This document shows positions 38,821 through 49,435 of a DNA stretch of 55,048 nt, one piece after another. The translations under genes and the position numbers were made by a program. Source of the DNA: Coriobacteriales bacterium (GTDB taxonomy: Bacteria; Actinomycetota; Coriobacteriia; Coriobacteriales; QAMH01); contig JBJEHM010000059.1 of the NCBI GenBank assembly GCA_051876075.1, positions 1 to 55,048 of the forward strand. The letters are read 5' to 3'. The first letter of the stretch is position 1; every line of letters starts with the position of its first letter. Under the pieces are notes generated by a model. It made no database searches and was not told the origin of the DNA. It worked only from the letters and a program-made list of their open reading frames with translations.

Positions 38821-39930
38821 ATGACCAAGCAGTACAAGATCTGCGTCCTGGAAGGCGACGGCATCGGCCCGGAGATCATGGCCGAAGGCCTCAAGGTCCT
38901 CGATGCAGTGGGCAAGAAGCACGGCGTGGAGCTCGTCTACGAGAAGGCGCTCATTGGCGGCTGCGCCATCGATGCCACGGGAGACCCTCTGCCAGCCGAA
39001 ACCCTGAGCATCGCCCGCAGCAGCGACGCCGTGCTCCTGGCTGCGGTCGGCGGACCCAAGTGGGACACCACGGACAGCTCGAAGCCCCGCCCCGAGCAGG
39101 GGCTGCTGCGCATCCGCAAGGAGCTCGGCCTCTACACCAACCTGCGCCCGGTCCAGATCTTCAGCGCCCTGGCCGGTGCGTCCACCCTGCGCCCCGAGGT
39201 CATCGAGGGCGTCGACATCGCCATCGTGCGCGAGCTCACCGGCGGCCTCTACTTTGGCGCGAGGCACCGCTACTATGACGAGCCCGGCGCTGGCACGCAG
39301 GGCAAGCCCGGCCAGAGGGCTGTGGACACCCTCGAGTATTGCGAGTACGAGGTGGAGCGCATCGCGCGCCAGGCCTTCGAGGCTGCAAGGACCCGCCGCG
39401 GCCGCGTGCACAGCGTCGACAAGGCAAACGTGCTCGACACATCCCGCATGTGGCGCGAGGTCGTGCACCGCGTTCACGACGAGGACTACCCCGACGTCGA
39501 GCTGATCGACATGTTGGTGGACAACACGGCCATGCAGCTGGTGAACGACCCGCGCCAGTTCGACGTCGTGGTGACAGAGAACATGTTCGGCGACATACTC
39601 TCGGACGAGGCGGCCCAGATCACCGGCTCGCTCGGCATGCTCGCCAGCGCGTCCATGGGCGACGGGGTCTCGCTCTTCGAACCCAGCCACGGCTCTGCAC
39701 CAGACATCGCGGGCAAGGGCATCGCCAACCCCCTCGCGCAGATACTCTCCTGCGGCATGATGCTCCAGTACGCCTTTGGGCTGGCAGATGCCGCAGCAGA
39801 CATCACCCGCGCCATCACCGAGGTGCTCGACGAGGGCTGGCGCACCGGAGACATCAAGGACGACTCAACTCCGGCGGACAAGATCGTGGGCACTGTCCGC
39901 ATGGGCGAGCTCGTGGTCTCGCATCTGTAA
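38821..39930 (+). CDS. leuB: 3-isopropylmalate dehydrogenase
   Basis: GDGIGPE, PEQGLL, RELTGG.YFG, DKANVL, NMFGDILSDEAA, EPSHGSAPDIAG. Confidence 0.96.
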   Translation: MTKQYKICVLEGDGIGPEIMAEGLKVLDAVGKKHGVELVYEKALIGGCAIDATGDPLPAETLSIARSSDAVLLAAVGGPKWDTTDSSKPRPEQGLLRIRKELGLYTNLRPVQIFSALAGASTLRPEVIEGVDIAIVRELTGGLYFGARHRYYDEPGAGTQGKPGQRAVDTLEYCEYEVERIARQAFEAARTRRGRVHSVDKANVLDTSRMWREVVHRVHDEDYPDVELIDMLVDNTAMQLVNDPRQFDVVVTENMFGDILSDEAAQITGSLGMLASASMGDGVSLFEPSHGSAPDIAGKGIANPLAQILSCGMMLQYAFGLADAAADITRAITEVLDEGWRTGDIKDDSTPADKIVGTVRMGELVVSHL

Positions 39931-39952
39931 CCCCCAAAGAGGAGGAAACCCT

Positions 39953-40807
39953 GTGAAAGCCGTTATCCCCGCAGCAGGTCTGGGCTCCCGCTTCCTGCCA
40001 GCAACCAAGGCCCAGCCCAAGGAGATGCTCTCCATCGTCGACAAGCCCGCCATCCAGTACATCGTTGAGGAAGCCCTCGACGCCGGGGCAGACGAGGTGG
40101 TCGTGGTCAACAGCCGCGACAAGAAGACCATCGAGGAGCAGTTCACCCCCAACCCGGGGCTGGTCGCTGCCCTGCGCGAGAAGGGCAAGGACTCATATGC
40201 GGACGCCGTGGAGGCCGCCGGCAACCTGCCTGTGAGCTATGTCTATCAGGAGGAGCCCCTGGGGCTTGGCCACAGCGTCCTCCAGGCTGCTCCCAAGACC
40301 GGGCAGGACATGTTCATGGTCATGCTGGGCGATGTCTTGGTACCCGACAACACCATCTGCCCGGCCATGGCCACGCTCTCAGCAGCGCATTCGAACGCCA
40401 GCGTCATCGCCGTGGTGCCCGTTCCAGACGAGCAGGTGAGCCGCTTTGGCATCGTCGGCTGTGTTGAGGAGCCGGACGGCGCCCTGCGCATCACCAAGAT
40501 GGTCGAGAAGCCCACCCTTGACGAAGCCCCCAGCAACCTGGCGATCTTTGGTCGCTACCTGCTGAGCCCCAAGGTCATGGAGCTCTTGGAGACAACCGAG
40601 CCCGGTGCCGGCGGAGAGATCCAGCTCACCGACGCCCTGGTCGAGCTCCTCAAGACCGAGAACGTCTACGCCTATGTCATCGACCCCGCCGAGGGCTTTG
40701 ACACCGGTACGGTGGCCACCTGGCTTGAAGCCAACGTGGCGCTTGCCATGAGGGATCCAAAGCTGGCCGCGCATTTGAGGGAGACGGTGGGGGCCTTTTT
40801 CGCGTAG
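39953..40807 (+). CDS. galU: UTP--glucose-1-phosphate uridylyltransferase
   Basis: KAVIPAAGLGSRFLPATKAQPKEML, Q..PLGLGH, VEKP, GEIQLTDA; GGAGG RBS, GTG start. Confidence 0.93.
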   Translation: MKAVIPAAGLGSRFLPATKAQPKEMLSIVDKPAIQYIVEEALDAGADEVVVVNSRDKKTIEEQFTPNPGLVAALREKGKDSYADAVEAAGNLPVSYVYQEEPLGLGHSVLQAAPKTGQDMFMVMLGDVLVPDNTICPAMATLSAAHSNASVIAVVPVPDEQVSRFGIVGCVEEPDGALRITKMVEKPTLDEAPSNLAIFGRYLLSPKVMELLETTEPGAGGEIQLTDALVELLKTENVYAYVIDPAEGFDTGTVATWLEANVALAMRDPKLAAHLRETVGAFFA

Positions 40808-40828
40808 AATGCCCTATGCGTCATTCAC

Positions 40829-40918
40829 GGACGGATGGCCGAGTGGTTGAAGGCAGCGGTCTTGAAAACCGCCGAGCGCGCGAGCGTTCCTGGGGTTCGA
40901 ATCCCTATCCGTCCGCCA
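40829..40918 (+). tRNA. tRNA-Ser(UGA)
   Basis: GGACGGA/TCCGTCC acceptor stem, GCGGT-CTTGAAA-ACCGC anticodon arm (TGA), long variable arm, GTTCGAATC T-loop, G discriminator + encoded CCA. Confidence 0.96.
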
Positions 40919-41210
40919 GTCAAAAGTCACAAGAGCCCGGGCAACCGGGCTCTTTCCCGTTAAGGGCACACGCAAGGGGATTCGAACCCGAGGAGGGGTG
41001 AGCACGTCAAGCAAAAGCGCCGGTGGCGCTTTTGTAGTGCGAACACGCGAGCACGGGCGGAAGCCCGCGCGCAGCGGGGTGCGCGCAGCGCACGACAGAA
41101 TCCCTATCCGTCCGCCAGTCAAAAGTCACAAGAGCCCGGGCAACCGGGCTCTTTCCCGTTAAGGGCACACGCAAGGGGATTCGAACCCGAGGAGGGGTGA
41201 GAATCCCTAT
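40899..41210. repeat. tRNA-linked tandem repeat: 104-bp direct repeat (40899-41002 = 41098-41201), period 199 bp
   Basis: Both copies start with the tRNA 3' end GAATCCCTATCCGTCCGCCA; a third GAATCCCTAT is at 41201-41210. Confidence 0.9.
40931..40955 (+). terminator. Terminator-like hairpin after tRNA-Ser (duplicated at 41130-41154)
   Basis: AAGAGCCCGG-GCAA-CCGGGCTCTTT. Confidence 0.7.
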
Positions 41211-41256
41211 ACTTCTCTTCATCTGTAGCATTGCGTCTAGGGAGAAGGGGATCACC

Positions 41257-41862
41257 GTGAAGGAGCTGGAAGAGCGCATCTTGCGCGATGGGGTTGTTAA
41301 GACGGAAGGCGTGCTCAAGGTCCCGACCTTCCTCAACCACCAAATGGATGTCGAGCTCATCGATGCCATGGGGGCGGAGTGGGCGCGCCGCTTTGCCGGC
41401 AAGCCCATCAACAAGATCCTCACCATCGAGGCAAGCGGCATCGGCATCGCCGCCCTCGCCGCCCGCCACTTCGGCAACTGCCCGGTGGTCTTTGCGAAGA
41501 AGGCCAAGTCCATCAACCTCACGGGAGAGCAGTACTGCACCAAGGTGCAGTCGTTCACCCACGGCAAGGTCTTCGACGTCATCGTCGAGAAGGACCTGCT
41601 CGGCCCAGAAGACCACCTGCTCATCATCGACGACTTCATGGCCATGGGTGCGGCCATGCACGGCCTGCTCGAGATCGTCGAGCAGGCGGGGGCGACGGTC
41701 GAGGGAATCGGCATCGCCATCGAGAAGGGCTTCCAACCCGGAGGGGACAGCCTCCGCAGGCTCGGCTATCAGCTGGAGTCCCTCGCCATCGTCGAGGAGC
41801 TCGACCCAGCGCACGGGGCGGTCTTCTTCCGCGAGCAGCCCTGTGGCAAGTTGGAGGGGTAG
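41257..41862 (+). CDS. xpt: Xanthine phosphoribosyltransferase
   Basis: [39 protein letters not shown]; permease downstream. Confidence 0.92.
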   Translation: MKELEERILRDGVVKTEGVLKVPTFLNHQMDVELIDAMGAEWARRFAGKPINKILTIEASGIGIAALAARHFGNCPVVFAKKAKSINLTGEQYCTKVQSFTHGKVFDVIVEKDLLGPEDHLLIIDDFMAMGAAMHGLLEIVEQAGATVEGIGIAIEKGFQPGGDSLRRLGYQLESLAIVEELDPAHGAVFFREQPCGKLEG

Positions 41863-41865
41863 GAG

Positions 41866-43221
41866 ATGGCAGACGAGAGCAGGGAGCACAAGCTCACTCA
41901 GGATCTTCAGACACTCGATGCCAAGATCCCCCTTGCAGCCGGCATTCCCTACGGCATCCAGCACATCCTGGCCATGTTCGTCGCCAATCTGGCGCCCATC
42001 GCCATCGTGGCAGCGGCCTCCGGCATCGAAGATGCCACGACGCTCATCCAATCCGCCATGCTCATTGCCGGCATCGGCACGCTGATACAGCTCTTCCCGG
42101 TCTGGCGCATCGGCTCGGGCCTGCCCATCGTCATGGGCGTGAGCTTCACCTTCGTGTCCGCAGCCTGCGTCATCGGCTCCACGATGGGCTATGGGTACGT
42201 GCTCGGCGCCGTTATCGTGGGCGGATGCATGGAGGGTGTGCTCGGCCTGCTGGCCAGGTACTGGTGTCGCATCGTCACGCCCATCGTCGCGGCGAGTGTG
42301 GTCACGGCGATCGGCTTCTCCCTGTTGGGCGTAGGTGCCAGCTCTTTCGGCGGAGGCAGCGGCGCGGAGGACTTTGGCGCTTGGTACAACCTGCTGCTCG
42401 GCACTGTCTCGCTGCTTGCCTGCCTGGCTTTCCAAGTCTTTGCGCCCAAGGGCATCCGCCAGCTCTCGGTGCTTTTTGGCCTGATCATCGGCTACGTGGT
42501 CGCGCTGTTCTTGGGGAGGGTCGACTTCAGCGGCTTTGAGAACCTAACGCTCTTCAGCTTGCCCGCGCTGGCGTTCCTCGACGAGGGACTCACCCCTCAG
42601 TTTGCCGTAGGGCCCATCGTCACTGTGTGCATCATCTTCCTGGTCTCTGCAACAGAGACCATCGGCGACTCCAGCGCCCTGGCCATGGCGGGCCTCAAGC
42701 GACAGATCAACCAGAAGGAGCTCTCTGGCTCCATCGCCTGCGATGGCTTTGTCTCTGCGCTGGGCGGCTGCCTGGGCTGCACCCCCATCACCTCGTTCAG
42801 CCAGAACGTGGGCCTGGTGGCCATGACAGGGGTCGTCAACCGCCGCGCAATCGCCACCGGTGCCTGCATCCTGGTCATCGCCGCCTTCGTACCCGCGGTT
42901 GCGGCCGTGTTCAACAGCCTGCCGGAGCCCGTGCTGGGCGGCTGCACCATCATGATGTTCGGCAACATCATCATCAGCGGCTTCCAGATGATCGAGCGCG
43001 CCGGCTTCACGCACCGCAACATGACCATCGCGGCCCTGAGCCTTGCCCTGGGCATCGGCTTCACCCAGGTGAGCGACATCTTCGTCAACACCCCGCAGCT
43101 CTTCCAGGACGTCTTCGCAGCCAACTGCGTGGCGGGCGTGTTCGTGGTGGCGGTGCTTGCCAACCTGCTCATCCCCAAGGACCCCAAGCCTGCAGAAGGC
43201 GAGGCCCCGGCGGGGGAGTAG
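41866..43221 (+). CDS. Xanthine/uracil permease (NCS2/NAT family, PbuX-like)
   Basis: QH.LAMF, G.SFTF, ETIGD, NAT signature SFSQNVGLVAMTGV..R, PVLGG. Confidence 0.9.
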   Translation: MADESREHKLTQDLQTLDAKIPLAAGIPYGIQHILAMFVANLAPIAIVAAASGIEDATTLIQSAMLIAGIGTLIQLFPVWRIGSGLPIVMGVSFTFVSAACVIGSTMGYGYVLGAVIVGGCMEGVLGLLARYWCRIVTPIVAASVVTAIGFSLLGVGASSFGGGSGAEDFGAWYNLLLGTVSLLACLAFQVFAPKGIRQLSVLFGLIIGYVVALFLGRVDFSGFENLTLFSLPALAFLDEGLTPQFAVGPIVTVCIIFLVSATETIGDSSALAMAGLKRQINQKELSGSIACDGFVSALGGCLGCTPITSFSQNVGLVAMTGVVNRRAIATGACILVIAAFVPAVAAVFNSLPEPVLGGCTIMMFGNIIISGFQMIERAGFTHRNMTIAALSLALGIGFTQVSDIFVNTPQLFQDVFAANCVAGVFVVAVLANLLIPKDPKPAEGEAPAGE

Positions 43222-43282
43222 GCGGCGATTGCGGGCAGCTTGCGCAAGCCGCTCGGGAGGTGCTCCGAGCGTGTTTCCAGTA

Positions 43283-43298
43283 TTAACACAGCCGAAAT
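43283..43298 (+). promoter_or_regulatory. Putative GlnR-like box upstream of gdhA
   Basis: TTAAC-acagcc-GAAAT resembles the actinobacterial GlnR a-n6-b site; TACTAT -10 at 43320-43325. Confidence 0.45.
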
Positions 43299-43363
43299 AA
43301 TAGCCTGCTTTCTTGTGCCTACTATATGTTGCGCAGGTTTCTAGCCTGACAGTATCCACGTGA

Positions 43364-44740
<1,377 letters not shown>

Positions 44741-44768
44741 GCAAGCCAGCGCACACGCGCACCGCATC

Positions 44769-44805
44769 GGGAGCCCCGCTGCCAGAGAGCAGCGGGGCTC
44801 CTTTG
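44769..44805. terminator. Terminator between convergent gdhA and the activase gene
   Basis: GGAGCCCCGCTGC-cagaga-GCAGCGGGGCTCC-TTT, 13-bp perfect stem. Confidence 0.8.
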
Positions 44806-47800
44806 CTATTCGTGCTTGGCCTTGGCGTCCATGATGAGCATCTGCAGGCGGTTCTCGATGTTTGCCGGGGCAACGTCTGGGTCGTAGTCCAGCGGCAGGA
44901 TCTGGGCATCTGGGTAGAGCTCCTTGAGTCGCTTGCTGATGCCGCGCCCCACAACGTGGTTGGGCAGGCAGCCAAAGGGCTGGAGGATGATGAAGGAGCG
45001 ACATCCCTGCGAGGCGTGGTGGAGTATCTCTGCCGGGATGAGCACGCCCTCGCCGGCATCGAAGGTGTGGTGGACGATGGGGTCGCTCGCCTTGACGATG
45101 TCCTGCATGCGGGCGGCTGGCTTGTAGAGCGGGTGCGCGCAGGCGATCTTGTCGGCCGTGCTGTGGGCCAGGTTGAAGATGTTGTTCTCGATGCGGAAGA
45201 GCGCCTTGTAGGAGAGGGGTTTGTCGAGCTTGTACTCCTTGACCTGCGCGTCCTTGTAGAAGTAGCTCTTGCGGATGACGTCGGTCATGCGCGCCTCGAT
45301 GACCTCCATGCCGTTGTCCTCGAGGTACCTCTCTATGTCATGGTTGGAGCCGGGGTGGAAGTTGAGCAGGTACTCGCCCACGATGAGCACGCGCGGGCGC
45401 GGCGTGCTGCGGTCGTAGGCAACGCCGCGCATGAGCTCGATCGCCTGTGCAAAGCCCTTCTTCATCCCGGCGATGCCGCCTGCCTCCAGGCCGTCCATGG
45501 TCAGCTGCAGCCCCTTGTCGAAGGCGGTCTGCGTGCTGCCGGGCTCGAGCTCGTAGGGGCGGATCTTGCGCAGGAGCTCCTCGAGGGCGTCGACCATGGG
45601 CAGCCCGTAGGCTATGCGCATGGCCGTGGGCAGGCTCATGGTGTAGCCCGGGTGCACGTTGTGACTGTCTACGTCGTCGTTGGTGATGATGGGCACCTGC
45701 GGGTAGCCGGCGTCGTCGAGCGCCTTGCGCAGGAGGGCGGTGTAGTGGGTGAGGCGGCAGTCCCCCACGTACTTGCCCATGCCGATAGCCACCTCGTCTG
45801 GGTCGTACGCGCCGCTCTCGAGGGCAGAGAGGGCTTCTCCGATAACGATCTGGCAGGGGAAGCAGATGTCGTTGTGCACGTAGCGCTTGCCCAGGCGAAT
45901 GGCGTCTTCGCGGCCCACGGGCAGGCTTTCGGCCCTGAGCCCCTGGGTCCTGAAGGCGGCTGTCATCAGCATGGAGAAGGCATGCGAGGTGTTGGGGACG
46001 AGCACGGTCTTCTCGTGTGCCCCGCCCGCGCGCATGTCCCGCGTGAACTTGGAGTGATAGGGGTCTTCGAGCTCGTGCACGGTGGGGGAGCCGCTGCTGC
46101 GGCGGCGGGTGTTGACGGTCTCGACAAAGCTCCTCACGCGTATGCGCAAAGGCCCGGCGATGTCGCTTTCATCGAGTTTGAGCACCAGGGGCGACTTGCC
46201 GCTCACCTCGTGCATGAGGCGCACGATCTCGTCCGAGAGGTAGGCGTCGTGCCCGCAGTTGAAGTTGACGACCTGCGCGTATTCCAGGAAGGGGCTCTTG
46301 GCCGCCTCCAGAGCCGTCGAGAGCATGCGGGCGTGGTAGTTGTTGGCTATCTCGAGTAGGCTCTTCGAGAGGTCCTCTGTGTGGATCTGGGGCAGGGAGT
46401 CGGCCGTGAGCACGGGGATGCCGAGCTCGTTGAAGAGCTTGGGCAGGTCGTGGTTGACGAGGTCGTCGTTTTGGTAGGGGCGGCTTGCCAGGACGACGGC
46501 GTAGCGCCCCTGTGCCTGGACCTCCTCCACCACCTGCATGCCGCGGGTCTGCAGCTGAGCGCGGAACGAGCCCTGGGCGGCGTCTGCTTGCTCGATGGCC
46601 TGCTCGGTGAGCGCGGGGGCTATGCCGAAGGTCTCCTTCATCCACGCGCAGAGCTGGTTCTTGCGGTCCTTGGAGCTGTACCAGTGCCACAGCGGCGCGT
46701 CGAACGGCACGCCCCAGCGCCGCATGGGGTTGTCCGAGTTGTTGATGACCATGGGGTAGCCCTTGACCACGGCGCACATGCTCTCGGCGCTCTGTGCTGT
46801 GCCCTCGCTTTCAACCACGGTGATGATGGGCATGAAGATGCGGTCGACCCCGCTCTTCACCAGGCTGCGGATGTGCCCGTGCACGAGCTTTGCGGGGAAG
46901 CAGACCGTGTCGCTGGTGACGGCGTGGAGGCCGCTCTCGTAGATGCGCCGCGTGCTGAGGGGGCTCAGCTTGACCTCAAAGCCCAGCGCGCGCCAGAAGG
47001 TCGTCCAGAAGGGGGCGGTGTCCCAGAACGAGAGCACGCGGGGTATGCCGATCGTGGTGTTGCGCGGGGGGCACAGCGGTGCGCAGGGGTACTCGGCAAA
47101 GAGCAGATCTTTTCGCTCCTCGAAGAGGTTGGGGACGCCGATAGCGGCCTCTGCAGCGGCTTTGAGCTGCCTCCTCACCTCCTGGCTCGAGGGATCGCCG
47201 AGCACCTCGCCCTTGGGGCAGCGGTTGCCGGTGACAAAGCTCTCTCCGTTTGAGAAGCGTATGCAGCTGCGGTTGCAGTGGTTGGCGCAGAAGGGGCAGG
47301 TGAGGTTAGACTCTTGGGTGTAGGTCAGGGCCTGAAGGTCGTCCCACCCGATGAAGCTGCTGGCGGGCAGCGCTCCGCCTGCGTCCCTGCGGTGCTCCAT
47401 CTCCTCCTTCACCAGCTGGGCAACGCCGATGGCGCCCATGAGGCCGGGGGCGGGGGCGCGCATGACTTCGCGGCCCACGTACTCCTCGAAGGCGCGCAGC
47501 ACTGCGTCATTGCAGAAGGTGCCGCCCTGCACCATGATCTTGTCTCCCAGGCGGTCGAGGTTGCTCAGGCGTATGACCTTGGTGAAGACGTTTTCGACGA
47601 TCGAGCGGCACAGGCCCGCCATGATGTCTGCTGGCGTCTTGCCCTGGCGCTGCTGGGTGACGATGCTGGAGTTCATGAACACGGTGCAGCGGCTGCCGAG
47701 CTTGGCCGGGTTGCTGCTGCGGAAGGCCTCCTCTGCGATCTGCTCTGTGGGGATCCCCAGGTTGGAGGCAAAGTTCTCCAGAAAGCTGCCGCAGCCAGAC

Positions 47801-49212
47801 GAGCAGGCCTCGTTGACGACGATGTTGGTGACCACGCCCCCGTCGAGCCAGATGGCCTTCATGTCCTGCCCGCCGATGTCGAGGATGAAGCTCGCGTCTG
47901 GCAGCCAGCTGCGGGCTGCGGTCGCATGCGCGACGGTTTCCACCACGTGGTAGTCGGCGTCGAAGGCCTCCTTCATGAGGAGCTCGCCATAGCCGGTGGT
48001 GCCTGCTCCCAGGATCTTCAGCTCGACACCGCGCTCGCGGTAGCGCTGGTGCATGGCCAGCAGGGCGTTTCGCGCCACATCCAGCGGCTCGCCCTCGTTG
48101 TGGGCGTAGAAGCTGTCGAGCAGGCGGTCGTCTTCTCCCCAGAGCACGAACTTGGTGGTGGTGCTCCCGCAGTCGATGCCCAGGTAGGCGCGCAGGGTGG
48201 AGCCCGGCTCCAGCTGCAGCTGGGGCGGGTTGGGCAGGCGGTGGCGCCGCTGGAACTCCTCTTGCTCCTGCAGGCTCGCGAAGAAGGGCGGCTCCTGCGT
48301 GCCGCCTGCCAGGCCGTTGAGCGCGCAGTTCTCGAGCGCAGCCAAGGCGGCGCGGGGCTCCAAGTCTGCTGCCCTGTCCTCAAAGACGCTGCCCAGGGAA
48401 AGGGCCGCTCCCAGGGCGACGATGGTCTCTGGGTGCTGGGGGACGAGCACGTCTTCCCCAGACAGCTCCAAGCGCTCGGCGAACACCTGGACGAGCCGCG
48501 GGTTGAAGGTGAGGGGCCCGCCCTCGAAGACCACGGGGGGCTCGATGTCGAGGCCTTGGGCCAGGCCGCCTATGGTCTGCTTGGCAATCGCGTGGAAGGT
48601 GGACAGCGCCAGGTCCTCCTTGGCCACGCCCTGGTTGAGAAGGGGCTGGATGTCCGTCTTGGCATAGACGCCGCAGCGCCCTGATATGTCGTAGACGTGC
48701 GTGCCCTGTTCGGCGCTGGCGTTGAACTCTTCGACGGGTATGCGGAGCAGGTTGGCGATCTCGTCGACAAAGGCGCCCGTGCCGCCGGCGCAGCTGCCGT
48801 TCATGCGCATGTCGCTCACCGTCATGGTGCCGGTGTGGGGGTCGGGCGAGAAGAAGATCATCTTGGCGTCTTGGCCGCCGAGCTCGATGGCTGTGCGCGC
48901 CTGGGGGTGGAAGCGCCTGATGGCGATGGAGTTTGCCACCACCTCCTGGATGAAGGGCACGCCCAGGGTATCTGCCAGGGGGGCGGCGCCGGAGCCGGTG
49001 ATGGCGCAGCGGAACCGAGCGCCCGGGAAGCGCGCCGCTATAGTCTCTAGGGATTCTGCCAGCGCCTGTGCCTGGCGGGCACCGTGACGCTTGTACTCGC
49101 GGAAGAGCACAGTGCCCTCGAGCTGGTCGAGCACAACGGCCTTAACCGTGGTGGAACCCACGTCAAAGCCGATACTGAGCGTGTTGTTGGCAGGCGTCGT
49201 GCAGGCGCTCAA
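44806..49212 (-). CDS. Acyl-CoA dehydratase activase-related fusion protein (two BadF/BadG-type ATPase domains + DUF2229 / 2-hydroxyacyl-CoA dehydratase-like domains)
   Basis: GFDVGSTTVK, ELGGQDAK, CAGGTG, RCGVYAK; GIDCGSTTTK, DIGGQDMK, CSSGCGSF, RCTVF; CPFCANHC; VCFPAK..HGH, NCGHDA, ICFPC, QPFGCLPNH. Confidence 0.88.
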   Translation of the reverse strand: MSACTTPANNTLSIGFDVGSTTVKAVVLDQLEGTVLFREYKRHGARQAQALAESLETIAARFPGARFRCAITGSGAAPLADTLGVPFIQEVVANSIAIRRFHPQARTAIELGGQDAKMIFFSPDPHTGTMTVSDMRMNGSCAGGTGAFVDEIANLLRIPVEEFNASAEQGTHVYDISGRCGVYAKTDIQPLLNQGVAKEDLALSTFHAIAKQTIGGLAQGLDIEPPVVFEGGPLTFNPRLVQVFAERLELSGEDVLVPQHPETIVALGAALSLGSVFEDRAADLEPRAALAALENCALNGLAGGTQEPPFFASLQEQEEFQRRHRLPNPPQLQLEPGSTLRAYLGIDCGSTTTKFVLWGEDDRLLDSFYAHNEGEPLDVARNALLAMHQRYRERGVELKILGAGTTGYGELLMKEAFDADYHVVETVAHATAARSWLPDASFILDIGGQDMKAIWLDGGVVTNIVVNEACSSGCGSFLENFASNLGIPTEQIAEEAFRSSNPAKLGSRCTVFMNSSIVTQQRQGKTPADIMAGLCRSIVENVFTKVIRLSNLDRLGDKIMVQGGTFCNDAVLRAFEEYVGREVMRAPAPGLMGAIGVAQLVKEEMEHRRDAGGALPASSFIGWDDLQALTYTQESNLTCPFCANHCNRSCIRFSNGESFVTGNRCPKGEVLGDPSSQEVRRQLKAAAEAAIGVPNLFEERKDLLFAEYPCAPLCPPRNTTIGIPRVLSFWDTAPFWTTFWRALGFEVKLSPLSTRRIYESGLHAVTSDTVCFPAKLVHGHIRSLVKSGVDRIFMPIITVVESEGTAQSAESMCAVVKGYPMVINNSDNPMRRWGVPFDAPLWHWYSSKDRKNQLCAWMKETFGIAPALTEQAIEQADAAQGSFRAQLQTRGMQVVEEVQAQGRYAVVLASRPYQNDDLVNHDLPKLFNELGIPVLTADSLPQIHTEDLSKSLLEIANNYHARMLSTALEAAKSPFLEYAQVVNFNCGHDAYLSDEIVRLMHEVSGKSPLVLKLDESDIAGPLRIRVRSFVETVNTRRRSSGSPTVHELEDPYHSKFTRDMRAGGAHEKTVLVPNTSHAFSMLMTAAFRTQGLRAESLPVGREDAIRLGKRYVHNDICFPCQIVIGEALSALESGAYDPDEVAIGMGKYVGDCRLTHYTALLRKALDDAGYPQVPIITNDDVDSHNVHPGYTMSLPTAMRIAYGLPMVDALEELLRKIRPYELEPGSTQTAFDKGLQLTMDGLEAGGIAGMKKGFAQAIELMRGVAYDRSTPRPRVLIVGEYLLNFHPGSNHDIERYLEDNGMEVIEARMTDVIRKSYFYKDAQVKEYKLDKPLSYKALFRIENNIFNLAHSTADKIACAHPLYKPAARMQDIVKASDPIVHHTFDAGEGVLIPAEILHHASQGCRSFIILQPFGCLPNHVVGRGISKRLKELYPDAQILPLDYDPDVAPANIENRLQMLIMDAKAKHE

Positions 49213-49386
49213 GGAATCACCCCGCTTTCTTAAGGAACAGTTTAGCGTGAGAGGGCGCGTTTTGGCCCTGTTTGACCGCCGCGCGGAGATGTTCCACGAA
49301 TGCGGTCGGAGTGTCGAAAGGCTCCTGTAGCGGTTTGCTGAAGGGGACGGGCCGCAGGGGTGGCGGCTGTGGGCTTCGCCTTGCGC

Positions 49387-49435
49387 GAAACACAGGCTTT
49401 ACATTGGCCGCTTGCCCGTTAAACACTTCGGAAAC
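49387..49435 (+). promoter_or_regulatory. Putative tandem GlnR-like boxes upstream of glnA (GSIII)
   Basis: GAAAC-n6-TTTAC (49387-49402) and TAAAC-n6-GAAAC (49420-49435), all on an 11-bp register. Confidence 0.5.

Noticed and set aside
40899-41210. CRISPR array, second tRNA, or prophage/ICE attachment with cargo
   Set aside because: Only two long units with no unique equal-length spacers or cas genes; the copy contains only the last 20 nt of the tRNA; no integrase or cargo between the repeats.
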